NCBI RefSeq assembly: GCF_006345805.1
Contig: NC_043004.1
Location: 37,324,001-37,388,000 of the forward strand
Source of the DNA: Octopus sinensis
Lineage: Eukaryota
Reading direction: 5' to 3'
DNA: 64,000 nt
The position numbers and the translations under genes were made by a program. How positions within the stretch are numbered: position 1 is the first letter of the stretch; the number at the start of each line of letters is the position of its first letter. The notes beneath the pieces are model-generated. The model saw only the letters and a program-made list of their open reading frames with translations, was not told the DNA's origin and ran no database searches. Shown piece after piece: positions 51,330-63,904 of this stretch.

Positions 51330-51900
51330 ATAATATATAATGATGCCTGTGTGCAAACAGCTTTGCTACATGGCAGTGACATGTGTAGGCTTGAAAGAAA
51401 TGAAGCCACTATGCTTAGCTGGATGTGCAATGTCAGTGTACATGTTTGACAAAATGTAAGCATCTTGAGAGAAAAATTGGGCATAAGAGGCATCAGATGT
51501 AGTGTGCAAGAGAGACAATTGTGTTGCTATGGTCGTGTGATGTATATGGACAAAGACAGCTGTGTAAAAAAAAGAGATCTCTAACTGTGGAGGAAACCTG
51601 TGGTAGAGGTAGACCTAGGAAAACATGGGATGAAGTGGTAAAGCATGATCTTCAAACTTTCAGCCTCACAGAGGCAATGACGAGTGACCGAGACCGCTGG
51701 TGATATGCTGTGCTTGAGAAGACTCGTCAAGCCAAGTGAAATCATTGTCATGGCTGATGCTGGTGTTGAGTAACTGGCACATAAAGAACACCTTTCAAGC
51801 ATTGGGTTTCATGGAGGCAAAGTGGCTGAGTTCCTTTTGAGTGTTGGGCCTCATGGAGGCATATTGGCCAAGTTCCTTTTGAGCATTGGGGCCTCACGGA
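51330..51900 (+). mobile_element. RTE 3' ORF fragment with start of 3'UTR
   Basis: YNDACVQTALLHGS...CGRGRPRKTWDEVVKHDLQT. Confidence 0.85.
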
Positions 51901-52938
51901 GGCAAAGTGTCAGGTCTATCAACTTATAGAACCGACACGACACTTAGACAGATTACAGAGGCTACACACATAGCAGTAGACAAACTGAGCCTCAATAGAA
52001 AACACAAATGGAACAATAACACCCACCATCAAACCACGTGACTAACGACAGAAGGGAAGAGAGAGGAAATAATATAGGGTAATACACAATAGACATACAT
52101 GCACTTACCTGTGATACATGTAAGAAATAGAGATAAATACAAAATAAGAAAATGGAGGAATAGATTTCTTCAATCATCAACTACTAGATAATACCAATTC
52201 ATATAATTTATTAACTAATAAATTATATGAATTTGAGGTAAAACATTTACCTTCGCCCATATAATACAGTAAATGAATTAATTGCATTGCAATTCTTAGC
52301 ATTTATATATAAGCCTTTCTGGGTACTCTACTGGCAGTATATTGGATAAATGATATCCCATAGTGGGTTACACTCATAACCCCTATCTCACTTTGTAAAT
52401 AGATAAATAAATATTTATCACATACCTGTGATAAATATAAGAAAGAGAGTGAGACAAGATATAAATAAATAAATCCATATGAAGGGCATGGATAGAAACC
52501 ACATACAAAGTGAACCCATACACAAACACAAGTTTAATGGATGGCCACAACAAAATCAACAATACCAATAACAATGATAGCAGCAGCACCAGTGACAATG
52601 ATGGCAATAACAACAACAACTACTGCAATGGCAATACCGTGGGTGAACACACAAACACAGAGGGGTACAGGAACTGTACCAAATGTTTTATCAGCCACTT
52701 CATCAGAAGTATTATTTAAAAAATGTGATCTGTATAACCAGGTAGTGCCATTAAGTTAGACATGGCCTGGGCCTATACTTGCTAAAACCTATTAAAGTCA
52801 TATATTGATAGATATTTATAGTTTTCAAATTCTATTGCAAATATGTAACTAAATTTTTTTTAAACCATATATTGAATGGCATCTACCAAAAAATTCTCAA
52901 TAACTTAATTTTTATAGTTGTCATTATCATTTTTTTAA

Positions 52939-53148
52939 CCCTTCTGCTACCAACCCGGCTCTAGTTCTGAGTACAAATGTCTTGTTTTAATAAGTTTTGA
53001 ATTAAAATCTTCCACCAAACCTTAGTCACAATTTATGCTCCTAACACTAGCTGAATGATAACTCAGTTATTTTACTAAATTCTTTGTTATATTTAAAGTA
53101 ACTGAAAGAAACACAGAGCATCTCAAAATAAATACAGTAACAAAAGCG
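52939..53148. mobile_element. piggyBac-type MITE
   Basis: TTAA|CCCTTCTGCTAC ... GTAACAAAAGCG|TTAA (degenerate TIRs, TTAA TSD). Confidence 0.7.
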
Positions 53149-53452
53149 TTAAATCAGATATATTTGCAGCAGTTATTGATAAAATAACCATCTTAAAGAT
53201 GATTGAGTCTTCAGCAATGGTAACTGTATTCATTTCTTCATTTTCATACATGCAAACAGGCACTCCTACACAAAATCCTTCCTGTTAAAATGTCCTTTTT
53301 TTTTTGTTTTGCTTGGGATGGAGGATTGACAAAATCATAAGAATGTTGAACAAAATGTATCATTATATTTAACTATGGCTCAAATTTCGTTGAACTCAAC
53401 CTTTGCCTTTCATTTAACAAAATGCTCCTCTTAAATTTTTGATCTACATATA

Positions 53453-53826
53453 GGCGCAGGAGTGGCTGTGTGGTAAGTAGCTTGCTAACCAACCACATGG
53501 CTCCGGGTTCAGTCCCACTGCGTGGCATCTTGAGCAAGTGTCTTCTGCTATAGCCCCGGGCCGACCAATGCCTTGTGAGTGGATTTGGTAGACGGAAACT
53601 GAAAGAAGCCTGTTGTATATATATATATGTTTGTGTGTCTGTTTGTCCCCCTAGCATTGCTTGACAACCGATGCTGGTGTGTTTACGTCCCCCGTCACTT
53701 AGCGGTTCGGCAAAAGAGACCGATAGAATAAGTACTGGGCTTACAAAGAATAAGTCCCGGGGTCGATTTGCTCGACTAAAGGCGGTGCCCCAGCATGTCC
53801 GCAAGTCAAATGACTGAAACAAGTAA
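53453..53826 (+). mobile_element. Full-length tRNA-headed SINE with CORE-like centre
   Basis: GGCGCAGGAGTGGCTGTGTGG head, GGTTCAGTCCC B box, CTTGAGCAAGTGTCTT centre, A-rich tail. Confidence 0.85.
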
Positions 53827-54518
53827 AAAAAAAAAATTTTTTTAATATATTACAAGTTATTATTTTATGAGGAAAACTGGGTATAAGAGGCATCAGATGT
53901 AGTGTGCAGCAAAGAATACTGCATTGGTAAGGTTATGTGATAAATATGAATGAAGACAGCTGCATAAACAAGTGCTAATCTCTAAACATAGAGGAAACCT
54001 ATTGAAGGGGAAGCCCAAGGAAAGAATGAGATAAAGTGATGAAAAATGATCCTCAAAGCACTGAGATGTTTGGTGATTTGCTGTACTTGAGAGGACCTGT
54101 CCGGCTAAGTAAAATTAAAGCCATAAAGGCATGTCCTTATGTCCATTCCCCTGCTCACAATGCCTGACAAATATTTTCCCCACAACCCATCTCTCCTCCA
54201 GGTTCACCATTCACAGCACTTTCTCCCATTCTCTCTTCTTACCCTCAAAAATCCACCTCCACCCAATATGTCCCTGTTGAACCTCTCCCTCATAATATAT
54301 CCTCCTAACACCCTGCTCTCTGTATCCATTCACTACTTTCCTTCCCCTCCACATCCTACCCGCCTTTCACAGTCTTGTGAACTTACTCACCAACTCACTT
54401 TATCTAATCCTTGGATCCACTTATATACGCCCTCCTGTAACTTGAGTGTACCCAACTCCTTGTCACATCCTCATCATCATCTCTCTCTCCCCAACTGAGG
54501 TAGCCATGTATCTCTTTT

Positions 54519-55090
54519 ACTGCAAGAAAATCTAGCCTTCTATTCATCCCAGTTACGAAAAAACCAGATATTTTGATGTGGTGTGAAAGAAAGAAAGTTG
54601 TAAATATAGTCGAGCTAACGGTTCCTCATGAAGATAATATGGACGCCGCTCAGGCTCGAAAATTGAACCGTTATGTAAACCTCCTCGAGTAATGTGAAGA
54701 CGCAGGCTGGAAAACGGAACATTTTCCTATCGAAGTCGGATGTAGAGGGTTTGTTGGACACAGCGTGAGACGACTGTTGTTATCGCTAGGCCTAACTCAT
54801 CGCAAAGTCAAAACCACCATGACTGATATCCAATCTACAGTGGAGAAGGCTAGCCACTGGATTTGGTTAAAAAGAGACGATGAGCGATGGCTAGAAGGAT
54901 ATTGAGTTTAACTTCATAACCAGCTGATTTAGCAAGCGGGGCCTCATATCAGTGAGGGGGGGCCGGTGCACATTGATGCCATCGAGAGGTAGGCCCCGAA
55001 ACGGCGCGCATTCTCTCCTGATGACCCCATACACTTGCTGGCTTCCGGTATACGGAGCTTTTGACTGGTAGCACTTGCATGTGCAAGTTG
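54519..55090 (+). mobile_element. HERO-like RLE LINE 3' end with 3'UTR
   Basis: KKPDILMW...IVELTVPHED...RKLNRY...GWKTEHFPIEVGCRGFVG...EKASHWIWLKR; one internal stop; ORF ends at 54905. Confidence 0.85.
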
Positions 55091-55400
55091 TTTGCAAGAC
55101 ATTCATACTCTGACCACTTATCACCTAGCACAAACCCACCTTCTTCTCTACCTCTCATTCTTCAGGTGATGAGCATCCTTCTGACTTGCCAGCTCCTACC
55201 AAACTGTTTAATCCATGCTAGCATGGAAGGAGAGCATCAGATGATGATGATGATTTGAAACTATGTAAGCTTCACTCAATATATATTCAATTTACAATAC
55301 TTGAGGCCTTGTACTTTGATTTTAGGAACCTCTCTTTACTATATGCCCACTTTCAGAGTTAATCAAGTAATTGTGAATTTGTTGAAGTCAGAAAGTGAAA

Positions 55401-55730
55401 TCATCATCATCATCATCATCATCGTTTAACGTCCGTTTTCCATGCTAGCATGGGTTGGACGGTTCAACTGGGGTCTGGGAAGCCAGAAGGCTGCGCCAGG
55501 CCCAGTCTGATCTGGCAGTGTTTCTACAGCTGGATGCCCTTCCTAATGCCAACCACTCCGTGAGTGTAGTGGGTGCTTTTTACGTGCCACCTGCACAGGT
55601 GCCAGACGAGGCTGGCAAACGGCCACGATCGGATGGTGCTTTTTACGTTCCACCGGCACGGTGGCCAGACGAGGCTAGCAATGGCCACGATCGGATGGTG
55701 CATTTTACATGCCACTGGCACAGAGGCCAG
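55401..55730 (-). mobile_element. Young RTE 3'UTR/tail copy
   Basis: Long (CAT)n and near-consensus core with repeat units. Confidence 0.88.
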
Positions 55731-56486
55731 GTTAAAAAAAAATATTGAGCAAAAATGAAAAAGTGGAGTAATCAAGGAAGGCTGTTATCACTGTCTTCAG
55801 TTGCAAGTGGCTTCGGTTGATTTCTCTAAATTACAACTCATCATTGTCATTTTATGCCTGTTTTTTCCGGCATGGCTTGGATAAGTTATTATGGTGAAAA
55901 TCAAGTTATTGCTTTCCTAAATGAGCCGGGATGATACTCTTGTCTATTTGACTTTTAGCAAGATTTCTATGATTGGATGCCATTCAGAATGCCAACCACT
56001 TTACAGAGTGTACTGGATATATTTTTACATGGTTTCAGTATTAGAAAGGCAGCCTTGTTCCTAACAAAGCTAGAATTCTGACTAGATTGTTCTTTTCATT
56101 CAATGCTGGCAGGGCTACTGAAGAGAAAAGAATGAGAGAGGGATAATAATCAAAGAAAGAATTGTAGAAAAGAGGAGAACTGGAACCCATACAGATTTTC
56201 ACTGCAGGTCTTGCTTATTAAATTGTCTTACAGTATATAACAATGATTTTTAATCATTTTCTCCCTCTATGACACACAGAATAAAGCATAGAAAATTTTA
56301 ATGGGACACTGAATAAGGTACAAAAAGTTTACAACACATTAACTTTTTATTTAAAAAAGCAATTCCAGTTAACAGAGATGGGTGTCTACATTGCTTTTTT
56401 GTCACAGAAAACACATGCATCAATATGGTGTATTAAAAACACTTGGGTCTTCTCAATATCTAGTCATTTTCTGACTCGCTTCCAAA

Positions 56487-56908
56487 ATACCTATTTCTTT
56501 ACTACCCACAAGGGGCTAAACACAGAGAGGACAAACAAGCGCAGACAAACGGTTTAAGTCGATTATATCGACCCCAGTGCGTAACTGGTACTTATTTAAT
56601 CGACCCCGAAAGGATGAAAGGCAAAGTCGACCTCGGCGGAATTTGAACCCAGAACGTAGCGGCAGACGAAATACCTCTTTCTTTACTACCCACAAGGGCC
56701 TAAACATAGAGAGGACAAACAAGCGCAGACAAACGGTTTAAGTCGATTATATCGACCCCAGTGCGTAACTGGTACTTATTTAATCGACCCCGAAAGGATG
56801 AAAGGCAAAGTCGACTTCGGCGGAATTTGAACTCAGAACGTAGCGGCAGACGAAATACGGCTACGCATTTCGCCCGACATGCTAACGTATCTGCCAGCTC
56901 ACCGCCTT
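56487..56908 (-). mobile_element. SINE with a local 184-bp tandem duplication
   Basis: Units start at 56487 and 56671 and are nearly identical; head ends GCCAGCTCACCGCC at ~56907. Confidence 0.9.
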
Positions 56909-56945
56909 GATTAAACCACCATCGAAATCAGCTGATTATAAAAAT

Positions 56946-56953
56946 TCACGTGA
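56946..56953. promoter_or_regulatory. CLEAR/E-box (TCACGTGA) upstream of the V-ATPase E gene
   Basis: Palindromic TCACGTGA 325 bp before the ATG; related GTCACGAGA at 57184-57192. Confidence 0.5.
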
Positions 56954-57277
56954 TACATCTTTTCATAATACACCGTGTAATAAAGAAACAGTTTTGTAAA
57001 CATTCATCTAGTAAATCCAATTACGAAAATACATTTTTTTATTTCAATAAAAATAATAATAATTTTATTTTTAACAAGAGTTAACATATTTTGATAGTTC
57101 CAAAATATAACAGAGAAAACCAAAATAAAAAGATACGAAACCTTGCCAAACGTTCCAATCTCCTTTGAAGGTCAAATTCCGTCGTCACGAGATTCTTGCA
57201 GTTTCTTCTTCCACAGAAGATATTTTCTTTGAATTTCTTTTTCTCTAATTTTGGGTCCAAGTTTTAAATCCGCAAAA

Positions 57278-57310
57278 ATGGCTTTGAGTGATGCCGACGT
57301 TCAAAAACAA
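57278..57310 (+). CDS. ATP6V1E1: V-type proton ATPase subunit E, first coding exon (remaining exons not found in window)
   Basis: AAAATG context; MALSDADVQKQ identical to the conserved metazoan subunit E N-terminus; followed by gtaagt donor. Confidence 0.92.
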
Positions 57311-57340
57311 GTAAGTTCAAAGACATTTCTTACTTTCTTA

Positions 57341-57630
57341 ATATTATTTCGAAGAATGACGATAATAAATACCAATCCCCTTCCAAATTTCTCTTGGTTT
57401 CTTTTAAAGGCGGATTTCTAGCAAAACTACTCCGTTTCTCCCTTCATAACTTCATTTCTTATATTCCTTTTGATATTATTTCAGGGAATCACGATAATAA
57501 ATAATAATTCCCTTCCAACTTTCTCTTGTTTATTTTGTCTTTTAAAGGCGGATTTCCAGCAGAACGACCCCTTTTTCGCCCCGTTTCGCCCCCTCATAAT
57601 TTCATTTCTTTTATTCCTTTTAATATTTCA
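57341..57630. repeat. Diverged tandem duplication (~130-150 bp unit) in intron 1 of the V-ATPase E gene
   Basis: ATATTATTTC...GATAATAAATA...CTTTTAAAGGCGGATTTC...TTCATTTCTT occurs from 57341 and again from 57473. Confidence 0.8.
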
Positions 57631-58255
57631 AGTCTATTACCAAATGAACTGATACTAATATAGCAGTTCTAATTAATATTTGTTGCTTGTAATTAATAAA
57701 GTCGCAACATTTTTGGTCGACAATTCCCATTGAGATCCTGTTGACAACTTTTTATTCATTTCCGACAGAATTAGTCGTAATTTGTAATTGATTTGGTTAG
57801 GAATATATTTCGTATAATTAAGGTTTCTTCTCTTTTATTAAACTCTTGACGCTCACTTAACTTAATTATATACTAATCATCAAAACTTATTGATTAATTA
57901 GTTGATAAGATGAGAATTTAAATCTCCGATGAAAGAGAAAAAAAGCCTCATTAGCCTTAATGAAGATTCTATTCATTATACGAGACAGTAGTAACAACTC
58001 TTCTAAATTTATATTTTCGAATGTTATTATTTTCTTCTCAAGAAATTATTTTCTCCCTTCGACATTAATCCTGTTTTATACTCTGGTGTTACACGAATTC
58101 GTTGAGAAAAGATCGAATAAGATTTATACTTTGAGGGAATCTCACAGTAATTAACGTCTCTGTTTTAATAAATTTCAATTTCCAACTTCTTTCCATCCTA
58201 CCTTCTCCTCGTAGGAATTGTCTTTACCCTTCACTTAACTTTATATTTTATGCAG

Positions 58256-58402
58256 GAGTTCAAATTCCGCCGAGGTCGACTTTGCCTTTCATCCTTTCGG
58301 GGTCGATAAATTAAGTACCAGTTTCGCACTGGGGATCGATATAATCGACTTAATCCGTTTGTCTGTCCTTCTTTGGCCCCTCGTCTGTAGTAAAGAAATA
58401 GG
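58256..58402 (+). mobile_element. 5'-truncated SINE (family of 9017-9244)
   Basis: GAGTTCAAATTCCGCCGAGGTCGAC...GTAAAGAAATA. Confidence 0.85.
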
Positions 58403-58739
58403 TATATTTTATGCAGAAGGCATCCCAGGGAAATCCTTCAGTATCATTGTAAATTAAAATGCCTTTTGAACACAATATTGTTTGTTGAATTTCTTTATTG
58501 ATGTATTTAATTATTTTATGTTTATTAGCTCTTTGCTGACTTCTCCAGAATCTTCGTTTTAATTTGATCCTTTACAATATAATTCAGTGCTTCTGTTTTA
58601 TTTTTAATTTGTTTGATGCATTTTTAAAATATTGAACCAAGTCTATCGATTTGTAGGCCCTCCCCTTGAACAGGTTAACTTGCCTCACTTGGCAAATAAC
58701 TCGCCGAACTCTCTCTCTCTCTCTCTCTCTTAACTCTCT

Positions 58740-58865
58740 TTTACTTGTTTCAGTCATTTGACTGCGGCCATGCTGGAGCACCGCCTTTTAATCGAGCAAC
58801 TCGACCCCGGGACTTATTCTTTGTAAGCCCAGTACTTATTCTATCGGTCTCTTTTGCCGAACTGG
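58740..58865 (-). mobile_element. 3' part of the CORE-like SINE family (53453-53826)
   Basis: Reverse complement of 53705-53826. Confidence 0.85.
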
Positions 58866-60280
58866 TAGAATGTGTTTATAAAACATCTTTTTCTCTTGGC
58901 TTTATTGAGAAAAGTCTATGGTTTGTAAGATATTTGTTGTTGTTTTTCTTCAATTTCTGCAATTTCAACCAATCAATGACGTCTATTGAGGTAAAAAAAA
59001 AAAGCATTCTGTGCTGTATGAATATGTCCCTCGTTTAAGAAACAGATTGGGTTTATTTACATTTGTGAAGAGAAAAAAAGATACCCTTCCCCCCACCCCT
59101 AACCCTAAAACAGATTGAAATGCAATAGATCGATACTAGGGTCATAACTATGGGTGACAATTTCATATGACACCGCTAGAAAAAACTGCCGTTCAAACCA
59201 AAAAGATCCCAAAGGGATGTGTGTTTTGATCTTTGTAAGGGAATTTGGTTGATGGGGGCTGAAAGAAGCCTAATTGTGTGTGTGTGTGTACATGTCTGTG
59301 TGAATGTTCACAAAAAAAGAAGATACTAAGGTGGTCTAGTTGTTTGTGTTCAGGCTGCTATTGATAAAGTTTGTTGATATTTCTCATCAGCAAAAATCAT
59401 CCTTTAGCATTGCATCTTCACATTCCTTTGGAATTAAAATCCTCTCCATAAAAAAAAAAAAAATTGGGGTTGGTGACAGGAAGCACATCTGCTCATAAAA
59501 ATTCTACCTCAGATCTACTTCTGTGTAAGCATAGGATAATTGACATTAAATAAACCAAACTTATGAACAAGGAAGCTTGAAAATTGACATGTGATTGTAC
59601 TCTTGAGAAAAAAAATATTTCTAACATTTTCAATGTTCCACTTTTTGTTGTCACTTTCCAGGGGGAGGGGAGACATACTCACAAAAAGAAGTTTATATTT
59701 AAATAAGAATATAAATTTTTGGACTAGGAACCTAAGCTTTAGATAATAAGTCCTAGATTGAACCAGGTTTGACAAGATGTATTTCAGGAGAAATGAAATT
59801 GTTATTAGGATGCTCTGATCTGAAAATAGACTGTTCTGATAAACATCATTTCTCTCTCTTTTTCCCCCCTACACAGCCCTGCTTTGATGACTTTGGTTTA
59901 TCTTTTCTCCACAGACTGAACTATTGATATGTGGCCAGCAAAGTGACCCACTATCATTAACATCTTTATACAACAGCTATGCAAAACAATTATTACAAGC
60001 ATACAGCTCACTTATTGATAATGATGTAACGTTTTGATATTTCAGCATACTTCAAGTTACATAGTTACTACCAAAATTTAAACCAGCTTTGATAATTTTC
60101 TTGAACATTGAAAATATAAACAGACAATGGTGCACAGTTTACTGTTACTAGTCGTCATAGCTAAACCTACTGCCACAAACTATCGTAGCTTACAGTTATA
60201 TATCTTTCCTTGTCTGTTACATCACTACTGCTTATTCTTCAAGCCATTTTGCAGTTTCTACTTTACAAACCATGCAGCCT

Positions 60281-61230
60281 CATCATCACCATCGTTTAAT
60301 GTCCACTTTCCATGCTGGCATGGGTTGGATGGTTTGACTGAGGATTGGCAAGCTGGGAGGCTGCACCAGGCTCTAATCTGACCTGGCAAGGTTTCTATAG
60401 CAGGATGTTCTTCCTAACGCCAACTACTCCAAGAGTGTAGTGGGTGCCTTTTATGTGCCAGCGGCATGGGAGCCAGTCATGTGGAACTAGCATTGACTAC
60501 GCTCAAATGGTGCTTTTTATGTGCCACAGGCATGGGTGCCAGTCGGGTGACACTGGCATCAGTCACACTTGAATGGAACTTTTTATGTGCCACCAACATG
60601 GGTGCCAGTCAGGCAACACTGGCATTGACCACAACTTTGATTCTACGTGGTTAAACAGATCTTCTCAACCGCAGCATATTGCCCGACAAGTGAAGGGGTA
60701 CTTTTGAACAGGCCAGTTATGAGAAACCAGCATCAGTCATGGCTACAATCTCACTTGGCTTGCATGGTCTTCTCAAGCACAGTATATCTCCAATGGTCTT
60801 GGTTGCTTGTCATTGCCTCTGTGAAGCTCAGCATTCGAAGGTCATACTTCACCACCTCATCCCATGTCTTCCTGGGTCTACCTCTTCCACAGGTTCCCTC
60901 CACTGTTAGGGTGTGACACTTCTTCACACCGCTGTCCTCATCCATATGCAACGCATGACCATACCAGCACAGTCGTCTCTCTCTTGCACACCACATCTGA
61001 TGTTTCTTATGCCCAACTTTTCTCTCGGGGTGCTTACACTCTGTTGTGTATGCACACTGACATTAGACATCCAGCAGAGTATATTAGCCTCATTTCTATC
61101 AAGACCACACACTCATTTTACCTGTTTAAACAACATAAACCCAGCTTTGTATGAAACGTTCCATTCAGCTTGTCTCACCATGAGACAAGCACTTAACTTA
61201 ACAATTCTGACTAGTTCTCCCCAGAAGTAT
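60281..61230 (-). mobile_element. RTE LINE 3' ~950 bp (ORF end + 3'UTR + tail)
   Basis: LCWYGHALHMDEDSGVKKC...GRGRPRKTWDEVVKYDLRML (60751-60996) contiguous with repeat-unit UTR and (CAT)n. Confidence 0.88.
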
Positions 61231-63175
61231 GTTCATTCACATTTTTACTATAGTCAAGTTATCAACCTTTATCATCTGACAGTAAAAACTACTAAATAAC
61301 AAAAATAAAGATTTATTCTCATAAACTTTGACATATTACATAAACTGATGTATCACTGACTATTTTAAATCCACTCTCATTGAATGTATGATCTGCTGTT
61401 TTAACTTGAACTGTTGGTTTTCATGTAACAATATGAACTACCTTTCATATTATCATGGAATCACATTGTACATTACTTTAATGGTTATTATCTCACCAAT
61501 TAGATTGGGCTGGACTAAAGGCTATTAGAGGAAATACAGAAATAGAACCTTGTGTGTGTAATTATGTTTCTTGCTGTTTTTCCTGTTGAACATTTTATAT
61601 CACTTTATCATAAACACTTATTTCTAAGGATCAACCATTGTGTTTCAGTTGATTCAAATCATCATCAGATGTCTTACTCTGGAATGTCTTCACAAAGACC
61701 AGGGTGAAATCAAAGCAGAAATCTATTTCTAAACTGAACAATGTTGCTATTTCTTAATTTGGGTTCCCATTACAAATCCAGTCCTGTACAATGTACACTT
61801 CCAGGATTAAGACATTCAATGACGATTGAGATCAAACTGATAATCTTAATTCATCTCATTTAAGCTTAGATTTGTGACATGTTTTACTTTCATTGAATTA
61901 ATCATCGTCATCATTTAATGTTTGTTTTCCATGTTGACATAGGTTGGACTGTTTGACAGGATCCAGTGACCTGTAGGGCTCCAATGTTAGCTTAGGTATG
62001 GTTTCTGTGGCTGGATGTCCTTCCTAATGCCAACCACTTTTTTCAGAGTATACTGGTTGCATTTTTTGTGACTCTGGCATTAGCAAGGTTGCCATATAAC
62101 TTGCAAGAAAAGAAAGGTTGGAAGGAAAAAGAAAAGGCCTCTTGAAGTAAATTGGGGAAAAGAGAAAAGCAATGGTTCTATGTTGGATGTTGAGAGGTTA
62201 CAGTATGATAGAAGAGCAAGCCCAAATGGCTTGTAATAGAGCTACAAGGCCAACCTCACATTGTATAAGGGTGGTGGGAGTAGCTGGAAAGAGGACTAAA
62301 GTGGTGGTGGGATACTGGAGCATCTCAAGACACAGTGGATCATGGGGGTGGACAGTGATCCTGCAAGATAGGGGAGTGGACCAAGGGAACTATGATAAAT
62401 GGGGTATAGAGAACGATAGCAGTAAGAGAGATATTTACTACATTTTAATTTCTTTCACAAATTACCTGTTTACTTTTAAAGCAGATAAAAATTTATCAGA
62501 GACTAAAAGCATGACAAGGATGCATGAGATTCATGGATTGTTTGGCAGGATAGGAGTTGGTCTTTTCTTGTATTTAAGATTACAGATGTTGATTTTCTGG
62601 TGGGAAAATGGATTTGAGAAAAAGTTTATAATTTAAAAAGCAGTCAGATGCAAAGAAATGGCTTATGAGAGTTGCTCAATATATAAAATCTACAAAAGCT
62701 TTTTTATTTTCATGAAATCTTAAAGAAGAGATGGAGAATGAGAAAGTGAAGTTGATAAGTGTAAAATGTAAATATGTGGTTGATGGGAAAACCTGGGAAT
62801 ATAGTTTTATATTGATATGTTCTATAAAATCTAGACAGCATTAATTTTTTTTGGTGCAGGAGGTAGTAAGTGAAATAGTTTAAAGTGGAGAGTGCAAAGT
62901 CCATCTAAATAAGATGCAGTGAAGGTTTTGCACAATGTGGAGCTTAGACTGGATTGCTGTTAGTAAGAAGAGATTGTTGTTACTTAATATAGTTTAGGGT
63001 GTTGGTGAAACTGATATATTGCCCCCAGATAAACTGTTATGGCATCTTTGGGCCTTGTAGATTAAAAACAAGTGCTCAGTGTTCAAGTACCACTTCCTTC
63101 TGAGAGAAAGCTAAGTTTCTTTGATATAGTTTAGTAATGCTAAAAAGTGTAGAGCATTTCTTGAAATAATATTAA

Positions 63176-63397
63176 CCCTTTAGCATTTAAACCGGGCATA
63201 TCCGGCCAAAAGTATTCTGCCAGTTTTATGTTCAAACTGGCCAGATCTGGTCTCTCACACCAGCCCTACAATATCGTCTTAAAAATTAACAGCTACCTCA
63301 TCAAAATCTCATGGCTATAAGATAATGCATGATTAGTTCAAAACAATGTGGATAAAAAAAGCATTAATTTTGGCAGAATAATGCGAACACTAAAGGG
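63176..63397. mobile_element. piggyBac-type MITE, 222 bp
   Basis: TTAA|CCCTTTAG ... CTAAAGGG|TTAA (TSD 63172-63175 and 63398-63401). Confidence 0.85.
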
Positions 63398-63904
63398 TTA
63401 ATGTTGCTAGTGTGGAGGGAATATTATATCCCAATAACATTTGTGAGCAATTCATTGATATATCGTAGTGTTGTATTGTTTGGAACTCCATTGGATGGTT
63501 CTCTCAGTTAACAAAAGAGATATACAAGCATTTATAGTCTTTATATACACACATATATGTTTATAGATTGACAGACAGACGGACAGATAGATTGCATTAA
63601 TTTTGTTTTGATACAGTATAATTAACATACAATACTTTCTATTGTATGCTTTTAAATGCTTATCATTTGCTTTTAGTGCAACAAACTTACAACTTACTTA
63701 ACATTCATCAGAAAAGATATTGTTCTTTGATATTCTTATATGACTTATTAAATGACTCTCCACTAATTACATTCAATGCCAGCTGTTGCAACCATGTTTT
63801 CTAAGCCATTGTTTTGTAGTTGAGATTTATTGAATTTAGTCAATTGTTTCTACAATGCCAATAGAAATTCTATTATCTAAACTTTGGTAATAGATTATAT
63901 ACAG

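Noticed and set aside
54955-55030. CGAAAC and CTGATGA in the HERO 3'UTR as a type II/III hammerhead
   Set aside because: No complementary stem II (CCCC faces CCCC) and no valid NUH triplet; retained only as a structured UTR
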